DNA of 64,000 nucleotides from Eledone cirrhosa (taxonomy: Eukaryota), in NCBI GenBank assembly GCA_964016885.1, contig OZ024753.1, forward strand, positions 3,038,001 to 3,102,000, written 5' to 3'. Both the position numbers and the translations under genes were made by a program. Of this stretch, positions 52,928 to 64,000 are shown piece by piece. The notes beneath the pieces are model-generated. The model had not been told where the DNA came from. It saw nothing but the letters and a program-made list of their open reading frames with translations, and did no database searches. Every line of letters starts with the position of its first letter. The first letter of the stretch is position 1.

Positions 52928-54154
52928 GTTTTGTATCACAGAACTAGAATAATTTTAGGGTGGTTTTGTATCAATACTGTTACTAAGAGCCTGGACTGAA
53001 AGCTAATTTACAAGAAATTAGAATTTTCTATAGTTAAGTAGTGATAGTTCTTGGTTGAACACAATTCTATATGTGACTAAGTCATTAGAGTACTGACTAC
53101 AGTGTCACCGTGGCTTCATCACGTGTTGAAGACCAAAATGAATGCAGTTATGTGAGTAGGTACAACAAATCATTGTAAATAGAGTGGATATTCTAGAAAT
53201 GATAAGGGCTTCATTAAATTGAAATGATTTACTCACATTTGTAACCATGTAGAACAATGGCAGGGAATGTGAGATAAAACCTGGAAAACATCACCTGTTA
53301 TTGTGGCTTCCTTTTCAGAAACAGATTAACTGAAGTCTAACATAACTAGACTGAAGCTTATATGGGGTGTTGATGGATTGGTAGAATGGTCTGGAATATC
53401 AAAGAAGACTGGTAATGGAGACAGTTCTCTTATATATCACATGTACAAGGATTTTATGTGAAAGGACCTGTTCATATATAATTCATTTAACAAATTCCCA
53501 TCAATATTGCAGGTCATTTCCCCACTCCATCTATACCACATATGTTCTCCTGTCTGGTTATATTGGCTTCAATTATAATGTATGAATGAACCATAAATTC
53601 TTCACCAGCATAGCAACGAAAAACCATTAGAAAAAAAATTAGTACATTAAAAGTAGACAAATCTAGTTACACTGTGGCAAATTTACAATACGTCACATTC
53701 ATGTGTTAGACATATCCTTTCATAAAGTTTTCTCAATGAACAAACATTATCAAGTCAATAATAATTAAAGTGAAAGTTAAATTGTTGACTTAAGCAACTC
53801 ACTTTCTCAGTGACGATAAAGTAACTTTTAATGACATCTACAGAATATCAGTGAAATATACAGAAGAGTAAATAGGTTTTTTTTCTACTTACTAAACCAG
53901 GTTATTTGATTAAGAGAAAATATTCTGCTTCAACAAGGGTTTTGTTTGCAAGAAAGTGTTTGATAAGACATGTATGTCTCTGAATGCCAAAATGACAGTT
54001 ATTTCTATAATATTCTCTAAATAAGTTATAAAATTCAGACGTTTCTGATTTTCTTATTTGGAATTGCATAATCTGATCTGTTTTACCATCATTGGAGAAT
54101 TGTCTGCACACAAAAGATCAAGTGATATATTTTTATCAGTATCTTCTATATATG

Positions 54155-54432
54155 AACCCATAACTTCTGATGACTTTGTGGGGGTGGAGTCCGTCATTCT
54201 CCAGGTTTAAGCTCCAGCAATTCTTTCAAGAGAAGCATGTGAGAGAAAGGATGTGAGAAAGCAATAGAAAGAAAGAATAAACCCTGTACTGGACTGGTAC
54301 TTCTTTTATTAACCTTGAAAGGATAAAATGCCAAGTTGATATCAAGGAATTTGAAGTCAGAGCTCTGAGATGTGAGACAAATACCACAAAGCATTCTATC
54401 TAGCATTCTAATAACTCTACCAATTGACCACC
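54155..54432 (-). mobile_element. SINE family B, alternative-tail subfamily (decayed)
   Basis: GTACTGGACTGGTACTTCTTTTATTAACC...GAATTTGAAGTCAGAG; tail similar to 43765-43900. Confidence 0.65.
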
Positions 54433-55284
54433 TTTAGATGTACATTCTAAACTACAATGATAAACCTTCTCAAAAGAAATGTCACCATTTCAGACTAAAT
54501 ACTATGTGTTAATAACTTGTGTCTTACTATTGCTATTGCCCATGATCAATAAATATTAAATCATTAAGATGTGAACAAAGATCAATTTATGTACAACTAA
54601 AAAATCTTAAATGCTAATAAAGAAATAGCAAAGGAAGATAACATAATAATGGTAAAGAAGAAGAAAAAAGAGGAAATAATAACAAATGTGAAGTAAATAC
54701 CAGAAAATAGAATTAAAATGCAAAGCGAATAGTCTATATTATTGAAGCTAATGTTAAGAACAGAATTTGGCAATGACAAGCACTTGACCCATAAAAAAAA
54801 TCCTTAAATAAAATCGCTTTTAATAGTATATTGAAATAGTTTATATTCTCTTTTGGTGTCAGGTGGGTTGGAGACATTCAAAAATCTTATGACAAGAACA
54901 GTTCCATTAGATATAGAAATGGCCAGATAAAGGAGAAAAAAGAAAAGCATTACCTAGAAAGAAACTGTTGAATTCTACTTGCGTTCCAATTGTATAAGAA
55001 AGAATTATCTTAAAAGCACTGTATATATTTCTGGTGGTGGTAGATCCAGATGGCCATACTGTGCAAGGAAGTAATGGATTATGAAGCAATTTATTCATAT
55101 TAAGAAATGTTGATATATTTTTATTAGTAGCTTTTGATTACTCTTGCTGAAAACATATACAAATAAAGTAGACGAGTTGACCAATGCCCGTTAAATCAGT
55201 CGAGCAATTCTTTCCTGAGAAGGAGTGTTTGAAGACTCTGCCCGCACGATCCTCTCAGGAATAAGTGGGCAAAGAAGAAGCAGA

Positions 55285-55512
55285 AGAGTTGATCAATGCC
55301 TTGTGAATTAAATTTGATAGACGGAAACTACAGAAGATAATTGTGTGTGTGTGGATGTGTGAATGTCTGCATGTACATTTGTTTCAATGAAATAATATGT
55401 ACCAGATTTGAAAATAAATAAACCCTGGAGTTGATATAATCAACAAAATCCTTTTAATGTGGTGACTAGGATGGACTCAGTCTAATGACTAGAACTAATA
55501 AAAGAATAAAGG
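55285..55512 (+). mobile_element. Decayed third SINE-like repeat (3' part)
   Basis: Ends GTGGTG.C.AG.ATGG.CTCAG....ATG.CT.GAAC...TAAAAGAATAAAG; the same tail occurs at 43600-43665. Confidence 0.5.
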
Positions 55513-55589
55513 AAGCGTTAGTTAATATATTGAAAATTTATAGTTCCTTTACCATCAAAAGATGACTGATTACACGACTAATTATCATT

Positions 55590-55800
55590 AGATATGGCAG
55601 TATCAATAGAGTGTCAGACAACATGCTTTGCAGCATAGAGTTATGGCCTTTTATGTTCTGTGTTCAAATCCTGCTGAGATTAACTTTGCCTTTCATCCTT
55701 ATGGGGGTCGATAAACCAAAGCACCAGAAATGCACTGGAGTTGATTTAATCAACGTTACCCTCCACCAAAATTGCTGGCCTTGGGCCTATAGTAGAAATC
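55590..55800 (+). mobile_element. SINE family B (older copy)
   Basis: Consensus match. Confidence 0.88.
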
Positions 55801-57514
55801 CTCATTAGAGATGTTAATTAGGGGTTATTTTTATTGACCTCCGGAATGTGGCATGTGTAAAGTAATGCCTAGAAGTTTGATGCAAAATCAAGTTGTAAAG
55901 CAGGCTTGTTGAGGTTGTAGAGTTTATATCTAGTTCACAGCATTGCTGTATATATGTATTAAATATGTTTTGTACATGTTTGAACCTGTGTATGTGTAGA
56001 TGTACACATAGAGAAATTGGTGAACTTCGATATTCAACATATAAAATTGAATGGAAAGAAACCTTCACAAAAAGAAATAAGAATATAGAGAAAAAACATC
56101 TTTAACTAAAAATTTTGTATCGTCGTATTTTTAATTTTTAAACTTTTTTCTTATTTCCAAAGCTTGAGATTGCTTTTCAAAATATGAATATTGGAGGTGT
56201 GTATAGAAAATCTTATGACACCTTTTGCTAGCTGCAACACTTCAGGCTAACCTAACGCCTCCAATGAAACCATTTTTTTTGTTTTATTATTTAGCCACGA
56301 GGAAGAGGGAAAATATGCTTGACATTTGCAACCCTAGAAAGAGAAATTGTTAAGACCTGTCTGTGAAGAAAACATGGATTGGAGGGTGAAGGAAAATATG
56401 GGTGGTGAGAGGAAAAGAGGTGAATAGTTTAGTTTAGTGCAAGTGAAGTGGTGTTTTTCATTAACTCTTAAGAGTAAAGGAAATTGTATCAGCAGGAGAG
56501 GAGATAATAAAAAGAAACAGAGAATCTGTGAGTTTAATAAGGAGTAACTTTTTGTCAATTATTGAGATGTCTTCTTTTTAAAGTGGAAAAAAAAACTGTT
56601 TACAAAACAACAGCATATTTCCAAATATGTGATTAGCATTAAACTGTGGCTCTTACATGAAAATTGTACCTTGTAACTAATCAATGGTGAATTATTATCT
56701 GGTTTTCAAGAGGAAGCTTAGTATTAAAGATGCAATTTCTGGTAACTGGGAGGTAGCTATAAAAAACTGAGAAATTGCAGCATTTATAATGACATTGGCA
56801 ACTAAATCATTATGGTTTGTGTGTAAGGCTAGTGCGTAATGCAACACTGTTTTCTTGATACATGTATGCTTGTGTATTTATGCTGCTGACTGAGACAAGC
56901 TTTATTATATGTCAAGTGGAAGATGTTTTCAAGGTCTCTGTTCATGAAAGCAGTTCATGTTTAAGCTGAATGTAGAGGAAGTATGCCTGTAGTCCTTAAG
57001 GATGCTATTATCTAAAGCTGAGTAGGTAATAATATGAGAAATAACAGCAAATTGAGTGTTAATGTGCATAAGAAAGTATAGGAGACGTAAAGGAATCTTG
57101 ATGTGTATATGACAACAGAAAACCTCCCATTACTAGGAATGAAAAATGATCATAAGTTAGCAAGCTAGCTAGAAGGATATCAATGGTAACAACACTGTTT
57201 TACTGATGTTCTTAAGAGGTAGACTTCACTAGTGTTATACAAGAACAGGTCTTCTATGGAAGCCATACTTGTGTCAAGGAAAAGAGCAAGAAACTTAATG
57301 AAATGAGGGAAGTTGTTGTTTTTTTTTGGCTGCTTCCATTACTTTCCAGATATTTGAATTGAGGTTGGGAGCTAGCAAGGTCAAAGAGGTTTCAAGAGGT
57401 TTCTGTTCTTGATAAATTTGTTTACTGTCATATATTTTGATAGACTAATATCTGGAGTGCATGGTTTGATGGTAGTTGTGACACTCCATTGGTTATAACA
57501 ACAAGTATTCCTGT

Positions 57515-57797
57515 TGATATGATCACAGAACAATCTGCTCGTGAAATTAACATGCAAGTGACTGAATTTTCCACAAATATGTATACCTTTTAACGTAATT
57601 CTCAGGGAGATTCAGTACGACACAGAATGTGACAAGGCTGGCCCTTCGAAATTACAAGTACAAACCATTTTTGCCAGCTGAGTGAACTGGAGAAATGTAA
57701 AATAAAGTGTCTCACTCAAGGACACAGCACACCACCAGGAATTGAGCTCACGACATTACGATTGTGAACCAAATACCTTAACCACAAAGCCATGCAA
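57515..57797 (-). mobile_element. Decayed SINE family A-related copy
   Basis: TTTTTGCCAGCTGAGTGAACTGGAG..ATGTAAAATAAAGTGTCTCACTCAAGGACACA. Confidence 0.8.
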
Positions 57798-58539
57798 CTT
57801 CACACTGTTTGGTGGTAAACAAGGGATATTTTATACCTGCATAGTCAATGTTTGCTTGCATTCAGAATGCATCATCATCAATTCACATCCACTCTTTCAT
57901 TCTAGGAGGAACTGGATGGGTCTAAATTCAAAACACTTTCTCTTCCTGTCACCAAACCTTTTTAGTCATCTTTTACGACATAAAAGCTTACAGTGAACTT
58001 ATTCTAAAACTGACATAAAAACAGTAATATTATTTTACATTTATTAATGTTCCATGCTATGCTGTACAACATGTCATCCTTGGCTCTTTAAGTGTGTCAG
58101 TTTTACACTGAGAAAACCTTACTAGTACTTCACTAAACACCTCCCAATATCTGGAAATAAGGATGTTGTAGCTGACTCAGAAGGAGAAACATCGAGTTGG
58201 AAAAAACAGAAATATGGTCTTTGTTTTTTGACTATGGAAGAGTAAAATATAAAGCTGACCTTTGTGGTGATTTTAAACTCAGAGCAGAGAAAGAGAACCA
58301 GAATAAATAGCAAGTAGATTATATCCAATGCTGTAATAACTATGCAAATTCACCACAGTATTATAAGCTCCAATGTCTCAAATAAATTATGCTGCTATAT
58401 AAATATATGAGTGAATGTATATTTTCATTGAATGTCACATATTTTGTTTCACATAAGAACTACATTTCTATTGTATTTCATTTTTCATAAAACTTATTTC
58501 ATTTGTTATATAACCTATAGATTACCAACAAAATCGATA

Positions 58540-58905
58540 GAACAGCAAATGTCTTACACAGACATTGCCTTAGGACCATATTAAGATATTTTTGCCTTGA
58601 TACATCATAAATGATGAATTCATTGCAACTTGCAATTTACAGGATATCATTGCAACAAGATCATGAGAGATACATGGCCACATAACCACAAAAAGGTCAG
58701 TGATAGCCTCTCGTGAGTGAATGCCCGAAGGAAGGCATAGGTGGAGAGACAAACCTGTCAAGATCTGATTGACAGTTATGATGGAAGACCTGTACACATA
58801 TGCCTGGTCTAAGATCAGTTCTCATAACAGGGCTTCCAACCATGCTGGCTGGAGAGCACTCATCTCATGATGCACTAGATGGTGGGAGAAGAACTAAAAC
58901 TAAGA
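58540..58905 (+). mobile_element. Highly decayed LINE ORF end (RTE-like, distinct subfamily)
   Basis: Fragments translate to HCLRTILR, MPEG and AGWRALI, in the order expected for RTE C-termini. Confidence 0.5.
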
Positions 58906-60031
58906 GAGATTGATCAGAAAATATCATCCAAGTAATTTAGCAAATAGCAAAATTCTTAATATAAAAAACATTTCTTTGTGACATTTGTGCTCCCTAGGTT
59001 TTCTAGTTTACGAAATGCAAAATTAAACACTCAAGTAAAATGAAAACACCTAATTTCTTTGATTATTAGCATTAGAGAGGACATCCAACCATAAAACCAT
59101 GTAAAAATGGAATTTATGAGTAAACCACAGTATTCTGACTAGTCTAATCTTGAAATCTGCATGGAAAATAGACATTAAATGACGAAGATAAGAAAATAGA
59201 ATTGGATATGTTGCATGTAAAGAATAATGTACAATAAAACTTACTTAAATACATTGTAATAAGAAGAGACATGATAAACATTAATATAAGAACTTTGAAT
59301 TGAACCACCTAGCAAACAGATATGGTGTAAATAACAAAACATAGAGGAAGTGTTCAATTTTTATGAACATAATAATAATGGAAGTTCTTTATTGTTGGAT
59401 GACATTTTTAGGTGTTGCAGCTCGGTTTCTGACTGTAAAATGGCATGGAAATTATCATTTGGCTGCCTTCCCATATGAAATTAAATAGTTCTTCTCAAAG
59501 ACAAGCTTGTATTACGGCTTCTCATGCAACTTCCAGTGCTATTCAATGTTATATAAAATTTTATGTCTTTGCGTTTTCTTTTTTAAATAAGAAAACAAAA
59601 CAATAACAAAAATAAAAACACTGTTGAATGTATGAGTTATCTTGTCATGCCATAACTCCAAATCACTAATGTTTAATAATAATTATGAGCTTGATGATGA
59701 TGATGCTGTTAAAAAACAAACAAATAAGAAAAATGAAATTAAAGAGAATTGTGATTAAATTATTAAAATTGTTTGGGATTTTTTTCTTTGGTTTATGGTA
59801 ATGCTTTTTTTTATGTTCACCAGTTTTGCAACATTAATGTACCTTTCTGCTAATCTGTAACATAAAACAAACAAACAAAACAATAATAAAACTAACAAGC
59901 TAATTCCCTATCAAAAATGAAATGTTCTAAAGTGTCAGTGTGATGAACTTTTAAGAGTTAAGGAAATCTAATTTTAAAAGAATAAAGAGAAAGGCTTGTT
60001 TATTAAATTTCATTTGTTGTTTTTGTTTTTG

Positions 60032-60076
<45 letters not shown>

Positions 60077-60682
60077 CTTTTTGAATATGTAAAACGAATT
60101 TGAAATTAATTTTTTAGATGGAATATTTAAATAGTTTTTTCTTTAAAGTGATAATAAAAAAAGGAGTTAAAATCAAAATATAAAATGTTTAAAGATTTTT
60201 TTAGAGTCAAAGAAAATAACAGATTGGAATTAAATATAGAAGAATGTGTCATATTCAGGGATGAATTGGGTATCACTATTTGTATCATACAATGAATTTG
60301 TGAATCTAAACATAGAAAATTAGTTCAGATATGATTGTGGGATCAGCGTTGTAAAGTATGTCCATTTTCATCAACGTCATCCCTGTCATTGAAGCTTAAC
60401 CTTTTGGCCTCTACACTGGGTTTCTGATTAAAAAATTAAGGCACTCTGTGAATTGTCACCTCTATGCACATTCTTATCATCATTACTTGGTTCAGAATTT
60501 CTGTCATTACCGCAATAGTCACCCTATTAAATCTCCCCCATCAGAATATTTAGGCAATTGCAGATTCATATAATAGATTTCTCTAGGTCATTTGTAATGA
60601 TTTAAATCTACAAGAATCAGAAACAGCCATGCCAGCATACAGCTAAAGGTGTTCATAAGATAACAGCCAGCTAGCTGAAATG

Positions 60683-60865
60683 TTAACCCTTTCATTTTCA
60701 TATTTCTAATGAAAGACAGTACCCATAAAAATAATCAAGAATTTGGATGGATTGAGTTACATAAGATTATGATTATATGTTTTTTAGATATATACAAATT
60801 TTAAAACAGTTTTGCATTTTGGAACTAGAGCCATTTTCAGGTGGTTTGGTATCAAAAGTGCTTAA
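60683..60865 (+). mobile_element. TTAA MITE family 2
   Basis: TTAA-CCCTTTCATTTTCATATTTCTAATGAAA ... GGTATCAAAAGTGC-TTAA. Confidence 0.7.
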
Positions 60866-61059
60866 GATGGGATTTTTTCCTTCATTTTTGGCAATTTGAT
60901 ATAAGGGTTAAAAGCAACGTTCCCGTCAACAAATCTGCACTATGTCCACAGCTCAGTATACTCTCAATAGCTCAGTATACTGATCTGTAACAGTGTATTA
61001 TTGGGAGGTATACTTAATTTGAGCAAGCGACTCCTGCATTTAGTTTATAGAGAAACAGG

Positions 61060-61091
<32 letters not shown>

Positions 61092-62412
61092 TTAACAAAA
61101 TTACTACTGCCACCACTAACACTGAAAATGTTCAACTCTAACTTTACAACCTCATGAAACACAGTTTAATCCATACTGTCAATCTCCAACAAATGTGCAT
61201 AAAATGAAACTTGTGAATAATTGTTTCTAAAAAGCCAACCTAAATCTAAATCATTAAAAGTGTAATTATTTGACAATTATTGTTATTATTCTTTTCCAAG
61301 AATAATTTGTGTATTTAAGCCATGGTGACTTTAGAAAATAAGGGCGGAATGGAATTTATCAAATATATTTATTAACTGTACAACCTGTTGGTCATAGGAA
61401 TGGCATCCAGCTGGAGAAAGCCTGCCAAAACAAGGTGGAGCATACACTTTCTTTGTGTTGAGGGCATGGCAACCTCTTTAGTGTTGATGATCTACATGAT
61501 AAACTCATGAAGTATACTCATTTAAGTGGTTGGTGATAGGAATGGCATCCATCTATAGAAAACCTGCCACACAAAAGGGCAAGATGTGTCTTCAGCTGAG
61601 TCAAAGGCACAACACACTGTCTCTGTAGACTGAGAAAACAAACACAGAAGCGAGAGTAGGTCCTCAACTGTCTGAGATGTCTGTAGGTCCAATTAAGTAT
61701 TAACTTGGTTTGAAAAACAGATGTGACCCTTACTAGCAGGGAAAATAAATATAAAATGATGAAGACAATGATGATTTGAATGTGAAGTGAATTAGATTCT
61801 GGAAATTGACTCCCCTGTTTGTGGATTTGATATACTACAAAATATTTACACACACAGACAAATAGAGAGAGAGGATTCAATATCATTTATGGTTTAATTT
61901 AGTGTAAAATCATTACAAATAAGTAGATTATTAATAACAATTAACTGATGTTGGACAATCAGTGTGAAATGACAACATATTAGTGCAGTGTACAGCATCA
62001 CAAAAGATTGGTTGTTTCTATAAAAAATAAAAACTCTGTCCAGATGAATTGGTAAAGAAAAAATATGACGTGTTATTAAATTTTGTATTTAAGATCAAAT
62101 GAGATTTAAATAGAGGAAACATTGAGAACCAGACAGAAAAACAACCATCAAAGCTTACTGATAATATCTTGTTTGTATGATGGTGTTGTTTTGCTAATTT
62201 TCTGAGAATATTTCTAATTTTTCTTTCCTACATTTCTCATTACATATTTACATAAGAAAAATGTTCTCAAATAGGTGCATGTGTGGCTGTGTGGTACAAC
62301 CACATGGTTTGGGGTTTAGTTTCAGAGTGTAGCACCTTGTTCAAATGTCATCTACTACAGCCAGGGGTTCTTTAATGCTGTCATCTACTACAGCCAAGGG
62401 TTCTTTAATGCT

Positions 62413-62620
62413 ATCATCATCCCTATTTTACGCACATTTTCCATACTGGCATGGGTTGTATAGGTTGTCATGTTCTGAGCTCATGATAGGTCAGATAACC
62501 ATTTCATGCTGATGTATTCTATTTTGGCATGCTTTCTATAGCTAGATGCCCCTCCTAACACCAACAACTTCCCACAGTTTACTGGGTGCATTCTATTTGT
62601 GACACCAGCACTAGGGCAAT
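62413..62620 (-). mobile_element. Decayed RTE 3' UTR fragment
   Basis: TTTTCCATACTGGCATGGGTT...GCTAGATGCCCCTCCTAACACCAAC; preceded by a 33-bp tandem duplication at 62346-62411. Confidence 0.75.
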
Positions 62621-62968
62621 TGTTTTGTCCTCCGAGTGAAATTTGGTGGACATAAGTTATATGTGTGTGTAGAAGGGTGGGCTTGTTTGATATATAGCTC
62701 GATAGATATATAGCTCGATAAATATATATGGTGAGAGATATTAACCCTTGCATTACCATATTTCTAATGAAATACACTGCTTATGATTTTGAAATAATCA
62801 AGAATTTCAAGGGCTTTAGTAATAAAGCTAACTTTCTCATTATCAAGATGGAGTAGAGAAGTGGATTTGCAAGGTTTCTAGATTGTTATATAAAATACTT
62901 CATAATATTCATTCTAAAGGTCAGAAAGATAAATAGAGATTTTATTGTGCAACTTCAGACACCTAAAT

Positions 62969-63172
62969 TTAATCCTTTAGCATTTACATTTTTCTATATT
63001 TACTATTGTATTTTCACAGAAAAGGTTTTATCTCACAAATGAGATTTTTCTATTATTTATTTTGAAAATAATACCTTAACATCGGTATGAGTCGCTGGTT
63101 ACGATTGGTTTGAACAGAAAGAGGTGAGAGAATTCTGGTCAAAAATTGCCAGTTTAAATGCTAAAGAGTTAA
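62969..63172 (+). mobile_element. TTAA MITE family 1, complete
   Basis: TTAA-TCCTTTAGCATTTA ... TAAATGCTAAAGAG-TTAA. Confidence 0.88.
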
Positions 63173-64000
63173 ACATAGTTGGTCAAGCAAGTGATTTCCT
63201 GAGAAACACTGAAACAAATGAATAAATCTGTTCTAGACAAAACTGAATAACAATATTCGATAAGTGTTTATTTCAGTTTGACAATGACGAATACAACAAC
63301 AAAACTGATGATTACAAACAGATACAATATTATTATACAGGAATTTTTACAACTGCAGAAGGTATTGACTTCATATAATCACTTAGATGTTCAGAAAATA
63401 ATTTTGGGAGATAAATATGGCCCAACCTTTGCTACATGGAAAGTGGACATGAAAACAATGATGATGATGAAATAAATAAATAAAATATTAAAGAATAGTT
63501 TTCCAGGGAGAAAGTTAAAATTTGGGAACATTTGCTGTTGACAATAAAAAGCTGGCTGTAATCTGTAAAAATCAAACTTGACAGTAACGAGGCAACAGAG
63601 AAATCAGCATTCACTTTTAATACACACCTAGAATATATATTCACTTTCGAAGAAGAAATCCATCAAATGATATTTCCAAAACTATCCATAAACAATTTGG
63701 AATGTTGAAGCTGAACATCATGCTTGTCAGTTTTTCCACCCATATTAACAGAATTTGTTTTGATTAATGAAGTATAAATCGGTTTCCATGGTCCATCACC
63801 ATGCTAAACTCACTTCAAAACCCCTACCCATTAAGACAACACTATTAAGACAAATGCTCAATCATTCATTTTATTTCATTGTAAGACATATTGTTTTAAA
63901 ATTCTGTGTGATTTTTCGATAACCATAGGAACAACAATAATAAGAAAAATAAGAAAAACACTAGCAAATAAATGAATAAATAAAAAGACCTAGATATATA

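Noticed and set aside
56300-57440. Possible very old LINE remnant on the minus strand
   Set aside because: Composition is suggestive, but I could not recover a diagnostic RT motif.

Overview
Very AT-rich, repeat-dominated eukaryotic DNA, either intergenic or a large intron. The SINE/RTE repertoire and dense (TA)n/(CA)n/(GA)n microsatellites resemble an octopus (coleoid cephalopod) genome; this is inference, not a database result. I recognise no host protein-coding gene, rRNA, functional tRNA or CRISPR array. The only long real ORF (35710-37230, minus) is the reverse-transcriptase part of a 5'-truncated RTE-clade LINE, with a C4HC3 PHD-like finger inside the RT region. The rest is RTE 3' fragments, at least two tRNA-derived SINE families (one carries this RTE's 3' UTR as its tail), a decayed full-length mariner, hAT, Tc1/mariner and TTAA (piggyBac-type) MITEs, and several minisatellites. 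The most interesting signal is a set of small elements next to microsatellites that carry type I hammerhead ribozyme motifs. One (44382-44451, minus) has a fully canonical core. Three share an architecture in which an inverted duplication begins at the ribozyme GAAA/stem III, as expected for Penelope-like or retrozyme-like non-autonomous retroelements. Coordinates of decayed repeats are approximate because they were read by eye.
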